This document shows positions 52,589-63,626 of a stretch of 64,000 nucleotides of DNA, in pieces. A model generated the notes under the pieces. That model did not search any database. It had not been told where the DNA came from and saw only the letters and a program-made list of their open reading frames with translations. A program made the position numbers and the translations under genes. This DNA is from a candidate division WS6 bacterium OLB20. Its GTDB lineage: Bacteria; Patescibacteriota; Dojkabacteria; B142; OLB20. Location: assembly GCA_001567355.1 (NCBI GenBank), contig JYNZ01000001.1, positions 5,944 through 69,943 of the forward strand, read 5' to 3'. The number at the start of each line of letters is the position of its first letter. Position 1 is the stretch's first letter.

Positions 52589-53302
52589 ATGCAAATCGGA
52601 CCATCCACAGGTATGTACTACAAACTCAACGGAAACGAACGGATTGTTGAATCGTTTCTGTCAGCTGTACAGTACGCCCGGGGCGCCATTGAAATACAGT
52701 TTGGTACGGCTTTTGTCAGTCACGCAGAGGACCTGATGCAGCATGCCGATGCGATCAGGGATATCCCTTACCGTTCGCTGCATGCACCCAACCTGAAGGG
52801 TATTCATTACAGTGATAATCCCGAGGCACACAGAGTTCTTGCCCTGATAGAACAAATGACGGAGGTTTTTGACCTGCACACGGTAAACTTTCATCCTGAT
52901 GTTATTGACGACTTCAGCGTCTTTTCTGCTTACCCGGGCATCCCGTATGCTTTCGAAAACATGGATCCTGACAAGTCCTTCGGTCAGAGTGTTGAAGATA
53001 TGGAGACGGTATTTGAGCAGATGCCGGAGGCGGGGATCGTGATCGACCTGCAGCACTGCTTCGTGAATGACCGCTCCATGCAGCTTGCGACTGATCTCCA
53101 CAAACACTTTGCCGACCGGCTGCGTCATTATCATGTGAGCGGTTACACGCCTGAGCTTGTTCATGCGGTTTTGTGTCGTACTCAGCAGGATTCTGTTCTT
53201 GATGCAGCAGTCGCTGATGTGCCGGTAGTCCTTGAAGGGATTGCAGAAGAGGCAGATGATGTCTCTGCGGAGATGGCTTACGTGACAGAACACATGGGCT
53301 GA
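52589..53302 (+). CDS. hypothetical protein (possible TIM-barrel sugar-phosphate isomerase/epimerase-like)
   Basis: 237-aa ORF. The antisense 210-aa ORF is Cys/Arg-rich and looks like noise. Only weak similarity to the xylose-isomerase-like fold. Confidence 0.35.
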   Translation: MQIGPSTGMYYKLNGNERIVESFLSAVQYARGAIEIQFGTAFVSHAEDLMQHADAIRDIPYRSLHAPNLKGIHYSDNPEAHRVLALIEQMTEVFDLHTVNFHPDVIDDFSVFSAYPGIPYAFENMDPDKSFGQSVEDMETVFEQMPEAGIVIDLQHCFVNDRSMQLATDLHKHFADRLRHYHVSGYTPELVHAVLCRTQQDSVLDAAVADVPVVLEGIAEEADDVSAEMAYVTEHMG

Positions 53303-53364
53303 CCGGATTTGCTAGTTACCATCTCTGCTGTATTTGCTATAATCTTTCTATCACTTCACTGATC

Positions 53365-54293
53365 ATGAGCAAGCTGACGTCGCCAGTTCTGCCCTTTTTC
53401 CTTTTTGCCGCACTGTTCGGTTTTACATTTCTGGGGCTTACACTCTGGGATCAGACTTCTGCTCAGAGCGGACCGGTAAGGGTTAAGATCACGCCGGTTG
53501 TCAGTTTTTCAGAAGATATCAGTGACTGTCTCAAACCAGGCAGTCTGCGAGCTCTGATTACTGACCCTGCTCAGGATACTACCCTGCCGCAGAATTCGAT
53601 CACAGTCACAGGTGCAGTTGAGAATGATTGCGCTCCTCTGTTTGCTGACAAAGAACATTCAACAACCGTGCAGTGGTTTGTGGATGGGAACCTGCAGGAC
53701 GAAAGTTCGTTCTCCCTGAACCTGGACGATCTGCCGCGGGAGATCATACGGTCCGGCTGCTGACTGCTCTCACTGTTGCCGGTTTCGGGACACTGACAGA
53801 TGATGCGGAACGTACACTGACTGTTGAAGGTGCGGTCGAAGGTGCAGCGACAGCGCGTCCGACTCAGACAGCGACACCAGCTGCTACAAAGCCTAAGGCG
53901 ACTGCAACAAATACACCCACACCTACTCCCTCACCAACCCGGCTGCCTGCAAACAAGGTTCCGCAGGCGCAGATTACTTCACCTGCAAACAAATCGACAC
54001 ATGACGTTAATCAGAGTGACAGAGGCGGGTGGTATGTAAACGTGAGTTTTAGAGGCGAAGGGTTTGATTCTGAAGACGGTAATCTGTCCGGGGATTCGCT
54101 GCGCTGGTTCTATCAGAGAACCGGAGGCAAGAAGCTTCCATTTGGCTCAGGTACAAGTGCTGTCGCAAAACTCTATACAGGTGAGGCCTGCACGACAACA
54201 ACATACACAATCTTCCTGGAAGCGACTGACTCCAGCGGTGCCACCGGCGTTAAAACAATCGGCGTTAATATCAGAAGCATCTGCATTTACTGA
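53365..54293 (+). CDS. secreted hypothetical protein, probably one gene split by a frameshift near 53740
   Basis: The first ORF has a signal peptide (MSKLTSPVLPFFLFAALFGFTFLG). The second ORF continues in another frame with a Thr/Pro-rich linker and a beta-rich domain. Confidence 0.4.
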
Positions 54294-55042
54294 TGAAAAA
54301 GATCCTCATTCCAATAAGCATTATCCTCGGCATCGCCGCAGGTGTCTTTATGTTTGCTGCATCACGCGGTCAAGCAGAGGCAGACAACGGTTTTTCGCTT
54401 GTTCGCGAGGCCGGCTCTGTCAGGTACAAAGAGTCAGCGGATCAGGATTATGCGGATATGCCTGCTGACGAGATCTCACTGCCGGCCGGATCGTTTGTAC
54501 AGACAAGCGAGGGAGCGTTTGCCCGCATCTTCCTGCCTGACAATTCACTGATTTCGCTCAGCGAAAACACAGAAGTGCAGGTTGTCTGGGATGACAGCAC
54601 CGTGAGCATCCAGCAACTCGTCGGCAAGACCTGGAACCGGGTTCAGTCGGTCACCAGCGGTGGCGAGTTTACCGTGGAGACCCCCTCTGCTGTAGCTGCT
54701 GTGCGCGGTACGATCTTTGGAGTGGATGTGATTGACAGTGAAACATCTGTCTATGTTACTGAGGGTGATGTCGATGTAACACGGTTCCTTCTGCGCGAAG
54801 GTGTCAAACGTCCTGATCAGACAATCTCGCTTACGGGTAACGAACATGCGGATGTGCTGCCTGAAGGCCAGCTGCAGAAACGCCCTGTCAGAGATGACGA
54901 AAAGACACGTCTGTGGTTCAGACGCAACAGGGCAATCGATCAGATATTCGAACGGCTTCGCAGCGAGGATCCGGTAAACCTGAGACGCCGTCTCATGCTT
55001 GAGCTGTCGGATTTCGAGGCACGGGGGAGAAATGCGTTTTGA
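54293..55042 (+). CDS. FecR-domain protein (membrane-anchored)
   Basis: N-terminal transmembrane segment. FecR-like block SLPAGSFVQTSEGAFARIFLPDNSLISL...AAVRGTIFGVDV. Confidence 0.55.
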   Translation: MKKILIPISIILGIAAGVFMFAASRGQAEADNGFSLVREAGSVRYKESADQDYADMPADEISLPAGSFVQTSEGAFARIFLPDNSLISLSENTEVQVVWDDSTVSIQQLVGKTWNRVQSVTSGGEFTVETPSAVAAVRGTIFGVDVIDSETSVYVTEGDVDVTRFLLREGVKRPDQTISLTGNEHADVLPEGQLQKRPVRDDEKTRLWFRRNRAIDQIFERLRSEDPVNLRRRLMLELSDFEARGRNAF

Positions 55043-55315
55043 CAGTAAAGAAAATGATCCTGTGGCGATGGATCTTGAAACACTGACAGAACGGCTGAAA
55101 CCAGTTGCAGATATTGTAAATCTGGACGAACGCTCCTGCCAGCGGAACAGTTCTGAGGACTACCGTGCGGCTGCAGAGCTTCTGAATGAATACAGCGATA
55201 ACGTCGAAAACTACAACCGTCTCAATGATGTTCTTGTCACCATGTCCCGCGTCTGTGAGGACAGCATGATCACCGAACAGGAGACCGAAGAGATCCGTAC
55301 TGTTAGCAGATTCAA

Positions 55316-57263
55316 TTGAAAGCCGCACGCTTTCCTCTAAACCGCTACTCGGCACTGGTTGCGATTATCAGTCTGATGGTGTTTTTCACATCGTTCATTG
55401 GTTTTCTCAATGCGACGAACAACATTTTTCTGGATGCGCTGCAGGGCGAGAATGATGTCCGCAGCGAAATTGTTATTGTGGGGATCGATGATGCCTCACT
55501 TGCTGAGATTGGAAGCTGGCCCTGGGACAGAAGCGTTTTTGCCGATGTTATCGGAACAGTTATTACGCAGGATCCCGGTGTGATCGGGATTGATGTTCTT
55601 TTTCTGGAAGAACGCAGCGGAGACGATGAGCTTATGGCAGTACTGGAACGTTCGCCTGTCCCTGTCGTGTTCGGCAGCAAATTGGACGGAGAGAACGTTC
55701 TCGCATCTGTGTTTGATTCACCCCGCGGATTTGTGAACTTTGACCAGGATGCAGACGGAAAGATCAGAAAGACGCTTCCCTGGAGGCAGACTGCCGAGAG
55801 CTGCGAGCTCTCATTTTCTCTTGCGGTGATGCGTGAATATCTCAGGCTGACGGACAGCAGCGGTCTGTGTTCTGAGACTGTAGAGCTGCGCAGCAACAGC
55901 TTTGCGGTAGAACCGGACGGCCTTTCCTTCGCTTACTCCCGTCACCCGTTCCGTTATGTTTCAATAGCTGACGTGTACAACGGTACAGTCGACCCTGAGA
56001 CATTTACTAATGCAATTGTTCTGATCGGTTCCACTGCAGTCGATCTGCGTTCCAACCTCAATGATAATTTCACCGGCGTTCTTGGCAATTCACTCCCCGG
56101 AGTCGAAATACATGCCAATATCATCAACAGTTATCTTACTGGCAGTTTTTACCGGCAACCTCCTGTTGCCTTTGTTGCGGTGTCAATATTGCTCGTGACC
56201 TATGCGATCGCGTGGGCGGACTTCAGGTATAAGCGCATCTTTACAGGAACGGCATTGCTTGTTGCTGCACTTGCCGTTAACTTTGCAGTCAGTATTATGC
56301 TGTTCCAGTTCGGCTGGCAGAATTGCTTCATTCAGGTTCTGCTGGCGCTACTTGCAGCATTCATCTCGTCAATAATCATCAAGTATACGCTGCAGGACCG
56401 TGAAGCGCGTTTTGTAAAAAAAAGTGTTCTACCGTTATCTTAACGAACCGCTCCTGAACATTCTGATCGAGGATACAAGCCGTCTGAGTCTTGGTGGCGA
56501 GAGCCGCGACATGAGCGTGCTCTTCTCAGATATCCGCGGTTTTACGTCTATCTCCGAAAAAATGTCTTCACGTGAGCTGATCACGATGGTCAACGACTAT
56601 CTGCACTTTATGACAGACATCATACTCAGCAAAAATGGTACGATTGACAAATATATCGGAGACGCCATCATGGCGTTCTGGAACGCTCCGGTTGATGATG
56701 CACAGCATGCGATCAATGCTGTTCTTGCCGCGCTCACAATGCAGGAACGCCTCGAAATCTTTAACCGCGACTACCCGCAATACCCAGAGATCGCAATCGG
56801 TATCGGTATTAATTCAGGTGATATGACCGTCGGCAATGTCGGTGGCGAACAGCGCTTTGACTACACCGTTCTTGGCGATAACGTCAACCTTGGATCACGC
56901 CTTGAGGGGCTGACCAAAAAGTACGGTGTTACCTGCATCGTTTCTGAGTCGACGAAAAAAGCTGCAGAGAAGCAGGTGCACGACGACTCTGTCCTGTTTC
57001 GTCTGATAGACAACGTGATCGTAAAAGGGCGGGAGAAGCCGATCCGGATTTATCAGCCGCTTCGTAATACCCCCAAAAATAAACAGCTGCTTAGCGATTT
57101 CAGCAAAGCATATGATCGGTACTGCAGCGGCGACTTTACCAGGGCGGCAAAGCTTTTGCAAATCATTGATGACCCTGTAGCCAGGCTCTACGAAGAGCGG
57201 ATTCGAGAGATCGGTGAGCCGCCTGGGGATTGGACTAGTGTCTGGGAGTGGACTGAGAAATAG
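55316..57263 (+). pseudogene. CHASE2-sensor class III adenylate/guanylate cyclase, frameshifted at an A8 tract
   Basis: CHASE2 motifs IVIVGIDDASLAEIGSWPWDRSVFADVIG and IGIDVLFLE, then a transmembrane region. The cyclase domain (VLFSDIRGFTSISE...KYIGDAIMAFWNAP...VLGDNVNLGSRLE) is in the next frame. The junction FVKK|VFYRYL is restored if A8 at about 56416-56423 is read as A7. Confidence 0.75.
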
Positions 57264-57566
57264 TCCACCCGAGAAACGTTCAAAACTACACTTCTGGAAT
57301 ACACTTCTGATTTTGAATTGCTCGATCTCATTGAGACACAGGAAGATGCTGACATAATGTTTGTCGGACAATATCAGGACTTTTCTAAATTTCGGCTAAA
57401 TTCCAAAAGAATTCTATAGTATCCCCGACTCTACGAATGTTTGCGTTCTCTGGATAAATAACAATATCAATGCATCTTCTACTAGACTGTCCCAGAATGC
57501 ATCATTCATCAAATCCGGAAGACTATTCAGAACGAAGTTTAATAGTGCTTTGCTGAAGCGTTCTCG

Positions 57567-58286
57567 TCAGCTTCTCCGCTTCAGCTGCCGTGCCAGTACA
57601 GCCTGCGTAAACGGCATCAGGTTTTCTGCTGCACGGATGAGGAGAACGGGTCCGGCGGGTCTGTCGTGAGCTGGCCTATGTGGCCTGTCAAACAGATCAT
57701 ATACCGGCTTGACCCCCCGCGAGTCGTAATAGCAGCCGATAATGACCGGTGAGGTAATGAACCATGAATCAGCGATTTTTGTAATACCTGTTTCATTCGT
57801 TGACTGCAGCAGCTTCCACTGGGTTTTGAAGATTACATTCCCCTCACCGGTCCGGGTAAAAACACGAGCTGTCTGGTTATACTTGAAGTAGCGGTGAGTA
57901 CTTACTGCTGTGTTTACCTCCAGTTCAGGACTGGTGGACAGCTGGTTCCACCCGGGTTCGGACAGTTTTCCTTCGGCAGCACTGCAGTAGGGTGACAATG
58001 TTGAATCGCCAAACGGTAATGTGTAGTAGATGGAACTTGCACTGGTTAATCCAAGTGACTCGTCGGTTACATTCATATGAGCGCCCCGGGCCTCACTGCG
58101 TCGGCGGTTTATAGCCGTCCGGTATAGATCGAGCCCAAACAACTGTTCTTCGGTCAGAACCGGAACTTCAAGAAACTTATCCAGCTGGCTGCTTCTGATC
58201 ATATCACTGATCCTGAACTGCGAGACTGTCTCTGTTACTGATACGCCGTATTCCATGATGATTTTTCTGATATATACATTATACAA
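57567..58286 (-). CDS. hypothetical protein, paralog of 45852-46697
   Basis: See the shared C-terminal block listed for 45852-46697. Confidence 0.45.
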   Translation of the reverse strand: MYNVYIRKIIMEYGVSVTETVSQFRISDMIRSSQLDKFLEVPVLTEEQLFGLDLYRTAINRRRSEARGAHMNVTDESLGLTSASSIYYTLPFGDSTLSPYCSAAEGKLSEPGWNQLSTSPELEVNTAVSTHRYFKYNQTARVFTRTGEGNVIFKTQWKLLQSTNETGITKIADSWFITSPVIIGCYYDSRGVKPVYDLFDRPHRPAHDRPAGPVLLIRAAENLMPFTQAVLARQLKRRS

Positions 58287-58365
58287 TATTCGGTCCGAAC
58301 CCCATGCAGCTTGTTACCTTGTCTCAGCTCTGCAACAATAGGTAATATCTCTTACGCACTAAGCT

Positions 58366-58737
58366 ATGCTTGCAGACGCTCCTGTACATCCAAGTTTTTC
58401 CAGCAATGATCTTGATGCCGCAAAGACGTTTTATTCAGACAGACTGGGATTGAAAGTCATTCACGAGGGAGACGGTTTTCTGGTTTTGGCAACACCTGGC
58501 GGACAGTTTATGGTCTACCACAAGGACAACCATAAACCGGCAACGTTTACAGTACTTAATTTTGAAGTCGATGATATCCGTGAGGCTGCATCTGCTCTGG
58601 CAGAGGCCGGGATTGTATTTGAGCAGTACGAAGAGTTCGGTACGGATAAACTGGGAATTTCAGAGATGGGTGATACTAGGATGGCCTGGTTTACTGATCC
58701 TGCCGGCAATATTCATGCGCTGATGCAAAAGGTTTAG
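58366..58737 (+). CDS. VOC/glyoxalase-bleomycin resistance family protein
   Basis: FYSDRLGLKVIHEGDGF...WFTDPAGNIHALMQ in a 123-aa ORF. Confidence 0.8.
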   Translation: MLADAPVHPSFSSNDLDAAKTFYSDRLGLKVIHEGDGFLVLATPGGQFMVYHKDNHKPATFTVLNFEVDDIREAASALAEAGIVFEQYEEFGTDKLGISEMGDTRMAWFTDPAGNIHALMQKV

Positions 58738-59077
58738 CTTTCGACGGGGTACTTTACTGCGTTCTTACGCATCTTGCGTTCGATAGCTTCGAGCAGTGGA
58801 ATGTCACAATCCCCTGCGAAATAGATCAGATACATGGCTATGTCAGCCAGATCATCTGCCACTTCCTCGCGTTTTAGCCGGGCCAGCTCTGTGCTTTCGG
58901 CTTCATCAATCCACTGGAAATGTTCCAGCAGTTCGTTTGCTTCAAGTGATATCGAGATCGCCAGAATTTCGGATTGTGGTATCTGGTCCAGTCACGCTGA
59001 TCTCTGAAAATAAGAAGTTCGCGAACGAGTGTATCGAGATTTTTCATACAGCAAGTATATGCTTGTGGTGCAGTCAA
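58734..59077 (-). pseudogene. MazG-like nucleotide pyrophosphohydrolase (small all-alpha NTP-PPase), frameshifted
   Basis: N-terminal frame MKNLDTLVRELLIFRDQRDW. The downstream frame reads ILAISISLEANELLEHFQWIDEAESTELARLKREEVADDLADIAMYLIYFAGDCDIPLLEAIERKMRKN. An A3/A4 run at the junction would restore ...YHNPKILAIS... Confidence 0.55.
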
Positions 59078-59084
59078 TGTCCAG

Positions 59085-60779
59085 TCAGGTAGAGATCTGT
59101 AGCTGATACTTTCTCAGGTCACGTTCCCGCAGGGGATCAAATACTGACGGATCATCCTTTTTTAACAGACGGGCAAGACTTTTGCCTGCAAGTTCATACG
59201 GTCTGGCAACATAATCGGCTCCAGCCCTGTAGAGATCGGCAACATCCTCCTCATACTGTGCTGTGATGATCACCTTTGCCTTTGGGTTCTGATTCTTGAC
59301 GCTTCTTGTCAGGATAATATTGTCTTCAAAATCCGGCATAGTCGAAAGCACTACAGAGGCATAAGAGATCCTTGCGGCCTCCTGAATTGACGGATCCGCG
59401 ATATCACCAAATACAACGGTGTACCCGTCTGCATCAAGCTGCGATGTCAGATCAGGATTAAAATCTGCAACCACCAGCCTGTCTTTGTGGTTACCAAGCG
59501 CATTGATCAGTGTTCTGCCGACACGGTGTGCTCCGACTACGATGATGTGGTTCTTCATCTCTCCGGCATTGCCAAGTGTGCGTTCACTGGGTTTGCTCTT
59601 TTCAAATACTCCCAGTGCAACCTGCAGCAAGGTATAAAGCCGGTCCCCATTCATGATTGCATAGGTCGACAGCGTAAACGTGATAATGCCCACTAATGTA
59701 ACGGTGGACACGACAGAGTCAGGAACATGCCCGATCCTGTTCCCGAGAAAGATCACAATCAGACTGAACTCGGAAATCTGAGCTACGGTGAGCCCTGCCA
59801 GAAACGAAGTCCGTTTGCGGTATCCGAGTAATCCCAGCAGTACCATCACGATAAACGGGTTGCCAAGCAGTACAAATAATGACAGGAGAATCGCTACAGG
59901 CAACACAGCAACAGCATCGGTGAACACAAGGTTCATACCGAGCAGTACAAAAAAGATGACAATAAAAAAGTCACGCAGCGAACGTATTCTGGCGACAATC
60001 TGTGTTGATTCAATGGAATTTGCCAGCGCAAGTCCTGCCAGAAAACCGCCGATCTCGATCGAGAAGCCGATAAAATCGCTGCTGGCAAAGGCTGATAATC
60101 CGAATGCAAGCGCCAGACTGACAAGAAACAAGACCTCCTGCGAATGTGCCAGCACATGTACAAGCCGCGGAAAGAAGATATTGCTTAAGAATACTGTCAG
60201 CAGAAACAGCGCAGCAGCCTTAAGCAGGATAAGTACTATCTCAAGAAGACCGGGCATCTCGCCACCACCGTTGCTGAGACTGGACAGCAATATGAGTGCA
60301 ATGATTGCAAAAAAGTCCTGCACGAGCAGAAAACCGACTGAGATTTTACCGTACAGACTGCTCAGGTCTTTTTTATCAGACAGAAGCTTAACTATGACGA
60401 TAGTGCTGCTGAATGTCAGTGCAATGCAAAGATATAATGCAGCAACCGGCTCAATACCAAGCAGGATTGCAAGTCCAAAGCCGATAACTGAGGTAAAGAC
60501 TATCTGCCCTACTCCTGTGATCAGGGCAACCTTTCCAACAGAGCGCAGTTCGCCAAGCTTAAGTTCAAGTCCGAGCATAAACAGAAGCAGTGTGATCCCA
60601 ATCTCAGAAAGCGATGTTAGTGATTCATGGTTTTCTATCGCATACAGTCCGAGCGGACCGAGTATGATACCTGTCAGAATGTAAGCCAGTATTGCCGGCT
60701 GTTTTAGCATGCGGAATATGATAGCCAGAATAGCCGCAAGACATATGATGATTGTGAGATCAAAGAATACTCCGTGCAT
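59085..60779 (-). CDS. CPA2-family monovalent cation:H+ antiporter with C-terminal TrkA-N/RCK domain (Kef-type)
   Basis: About 12 transmembrane helices in the N-terminal exchanger domain. C-terminal Rossmann region IIVVGAHRVGRTLINAL...VVADFNPD. Confidence 0.85.
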   Translation of the reverse strand: MHGVFFDLTIIICLAAILAIIFRMLKQPAILAYILTGIILGPLGLYAIENHESLTSLSEIGITLLLFMLGLELKLGELRSVGKVALITGVGQIVFTSVIGFGLAILLGIEPVAALYLCIALTFSSTIVIVKLLSDKKDLSSLYGKISVGFLLVQDFFAIIALILLSSLSNGGGEMPGLLEIVLILLKAAALFLLTVFLSNIFFPRLVHVLAHSQEVLFLVSLALAFGLSAFASSDFIGFSIEIGGFLAGLALANSIESTQIVARIRSLRDFFIVIFFVLLGMNLVFTDAVAVLPVAILLSLFVLLGNPFIVMVLLGLLGYRKRTSFLAGLTVAQISEFSLIVIFLGNRIGHVPDSVVSTVTLVGIITFTLSTYAIMNGDRLYTLLQVALGVFEKSKPSERTLGNAGEMKNHIIVVGAHRVGRTLINALGNHKDRLVVADFNPDLTSQLDADGYTVVFGDIADPSIQEAARISYASVVLSTMPDFEDNIILTRSVKNQNPKAKVIITAQYEEDVADLYRAGADYVARPYELAGKSLARLLKKDDPSVFDPLRERDLRKYQLQIST

Positions 60780-60829
60780 ACGTCACACTATACCTGTCTG
60801 ACCTGCACCGGGCAAGAATCCTGATCGCG

Positions 60830-61660
60830 TTATGAGAAGGCAAGCTTATACGCTATCGCACATCTCTTCAGCATAAAAGGGATTGTGCCATAGCTGAACG
60901 GACAGCCGATTTGATGGTAGTTATTTCCTGTCTCGTGTTCAGCTGTAACTTTGGCAATCAGTTCTTCAGCTTCTGCAGACAGTGTGTATACCGGTTTTTC
61001 TTCAGGTATCCTGGATACAATCGAAATAGAAAATGCATTGAGAATCCGTAAGTTCTCAAGAACATCATTGATCGAATGTTTTTCAAGAGACGCCAGCTGA
61101 TACACCGCGCCTGCAGACAAAGCAAGAGATTCACCAAGGAGGTGCTGCTGAGAGTGTTCGCCAAGGTCTCTGAATATGCCCTCGGAGATCAGGCGCAGTG
61201 CAGCACCGGCAGTTGAAGACCCGTTAAAAATCTGTTCTTTTGCGCTGAATAAATACTCAATTCCTTCAATGTGACTGATATGCCGTGACGCAGCCTCTAG
61301 CTTTGAGGTGAGCTGACCGCCGGTATTATCTTCACCGTAGTGATTTTGCAGATAATCTGCAAGCATGAGCTCAAGATTGGTTATAACACGGTCTATCAAG
61401 ACATCTCCGTTTACTGACATTTGTCGCAGATGATCAGTGCTCATCTCAACTGCAGGCTGACCCCAGCCAACAGTATAGATTCCGGTACTGTTTATCGGGA
61501 ACACTCGCGAAAGTCCGCTACTGATTCCTTTGCTTACCGCGCCAAAAAGACCATATTCGTGCTCCTTGGCCAGACCGTGGTCATCCGGGCTGTATCCGGA
61601 TTCTCGCGATACTGCGAGTTTCGTGAGATAAATAATTGTTTGCTGAACATCGTATTCCAT
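60830..61660 (-). CDS. hypothetical protein
   Basis: 276-aa ORF. No motif recognised. Confidence 0.45.
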   Translation of the reverse strand: MEYDVQQTIIYLTKLAVSRESGYSPDDHGLAKEHEYGLFGAVSKGISSGLSRVFPINSTGIYTVGWGQPAVEMSTDHLRQMSVNGDVLIDRVITNLELMLADYLQNHYGEDNTGGQLTSKLEAASRHISHIEGIEYLFSAKEQIFNGSSTAGAALRLISEGIFRDLGEHSQQHLLGESLALSAGAVYQLASLEKHSINDVLENLRILNAFSISIVSRIPEEKPVYTLSAEAEELIAKVTAEHETGNNYHQIGCPFSYGTIPFMLKRCAIAYKLAFS

Positions 61661-61697
61661 TATATAATTATAATATATTATCTCGCCGTTACAAAGC

Positions 61698-62756
61698 GTG
61701 GCGGAGTCCAGTCTCGATATTCATCGAAATCTATCGCAACCCGACAAAATTCGTCGGCATCTGAAGCAGATACCTGTTCTGCTGACACGGGTCGGTAGCT
61801 GGCGACATCTTATGCGTCAGACAATTAATCAGTTCTTTCCGCAGGCGGCACGTGAGACATTCCTCTATCATTTTAAACAGGACTATGAGGGCTTTAACGG
61901 CACCTTCAGAGTATTTTCTGCTGAAGAAAACGGCAAACCCGAGATAATCGCGTTTCTTCGCGAGTTCTCTAAAGTCGAACGGGTTATCCCTGCATTTGCC
62001 AGCCATTCTCACAGCTATGCGCCTGCTCTTGAAATCTACCGTAATTTGTCAGCAGTAATGCAGCAACGCGGAATCTACGATCGTTTTGAAAGACCATATG
62101 CAATCGGAGGAAGCACATCAGTCGATGAGACGCTTCTTCTGAACAACGGCTTTTCGTATCGGGCAAACACAGGGGAGTTGATCGATATGCCGGCAACCGC
62201 CTCCAACAAAGGTGGCATAGCATTTATGCACGATGGAGCACGACTGTTTACGGCATCGGAAGCCCGGGATGTAAGGGATGACGCTGCAGTTGATCTGATA
62301 ACCGGTACATCACTGGCGTTTGATGCCAGTTCCGGCGAGAAAATGAGCACCGAAGAGCTCTGGGTCAAAGCACTGTCTGTGTGTGACGCAAACGGCTACT
62401 GGAGCAGTGATAACTCAATGTTCGGTTTTCTTACGCAGAGTGATGACGGATTCAGATACTACAATGTACATTTTGACCCCAACCACCTCAGTCACTTTCA
62501 GAGGGAGATTGACGGTATGTTCGATTGTGCCGGCACTCCCGTGCAGCAGCGCTTTATGCTGGAGCGCGCACATACTGTTCTTGCTGTCAGACTTCTGCTG
62601 GAGCATCTGCAGCATCAGGCATCAGGAGACTCCAAGGTTGTTGCACTTGAAGAGAACTATGCGATCAAACCCCGCCATGTCGACGACATCGGCAGGTATC
62701 TGGACGAGGAAATCATTTATCCTGCTGAACTGCTTCTCTATCCGGCTCGACGTTAG
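61698..62756 (+). CDS. hypothetical protein
   Basis: 352-aa ORF. No motif recognised. Confidence 0.45.
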   Translation: MAESSLDIHRNLSQPDKIRRHLKQIPVLLTRVGSWRHLMRQTINQFFPQAARETFLYHFKQDYEGFNGTFRVFSAEENGKPEIIAFLREFSKVERVIPAFASHSHSYAPALEIYRNLSAVMQQRGIYDRFERPYAIGGSTSVDETLLLNNGFSYRANTGELIDMPATASNKGGIAFMHDGARLFTASEARDVRDDAAVDLITGTSLAFDASSGEKMSTEELWVKALSVCDANGYWSSDNSMFGFLTQSDDGFRYYNVHFDPNHLSHFQREIDGMFDCAGTPVQQRFMLERAHTVLAVRLLLEHLQHQASGDSKVVALEENYAIKPRHVDDIGRYLDEEIIYPAELLLYPARR

Positions 62757-63581
62757 AATGGTGCAAAGTCAGGACTGACGATGCGGTCTCCGCGATCAAG
62801 GTTGCTGATCTGTTCAAGTTCATCATCTGTTAAGACAACCTCCAGACTGGCAAAATTTTCACGGATGTGATCCTCACTGGAGCTCCTGGGGATTGCCACG
62901 ATACCCATCTGCCTGATCCGCCTGGGCAGGAGTGCAGTTGTGCGCGGCTGCAATCTCAGTCACAGCTTCGAGTTTCAGGTCATCTCCCTGTCCGATGGGC
63001 GAGTACGCTGTCACGGTTATCCCACTGGCTTTACAGTAATCGACAAGATCCTTCTGAAACAGTGTCGGATGCAACTCGAACTGGTTATTGCTGATGACAA
63101 CATCGTCCGGAATTGAAGCTCTAAGCTCTTGTAGCAGCTCAATCGTAAAGTTGGAAACACCGCAGTGCCGTATCAGACCTTCTGTCTTAAGTTCATGCAT
63201 CGCTGTAAGAGCTGCTGCATGATCAAGATCACTGTTAGGCCAGTGAATCAGCAGCAGATCAAGATAGTCTGCCTGTAATTCGTCCAGAAATCTGTGAGTG
63301 CTGTCCTTAAGCGTCTGCGGTTCAAGGTCATCACGCCAGACTTTGCTGGTGACAAAGAGATCGGAACGATCAAGACCGCTGTTACGAATGGCTGCTCCAG
63401 TTTCTGCGTGATTGCCGTATACGTCCGCAGTGTCAATATGCCGGTAGCCGGCCTCAAGAGCAATCTCTACAGCCTGTCTGCAGACCTGGCCTTTCAGCTT
63501 CCATGTTCCAAATCCAAGTGCTGGTATTGTTTTATTTTCGATTGCTATCGTGTCCATTGTTCTGCTGTAAATATTATACAT
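62753..63581 (-). pseudogene. aldo/keto reductase (2,5-diketo-D-gluconate reductase-like), frameshifted near the C-terminus
   Basis: AKR motifs GFGTWKL, IDTADVYGNH and LLLIHWP. The C-terminal conserved stretch MGIVAIPRSSSEDHIRENF is in a different frame (66-aa ORF 62753-62953). Confidence 0.75.
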
Positions 63582-63626
63582 ACTTCAGCGAGTACCTGCA
63601 GTGCAAATCACAACAGATGCTCTGGA

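Noticed and set aside
52661-53293. 210-aa minus-strand ORF almost exactly antisense to the 52589-53302 plus-strand ORF.
   Set aside because: The minus-strand translation is Cys/Arg-rich and noise-like, while the plus-strand product has balanced composition. I kept the plus-strand gene only.
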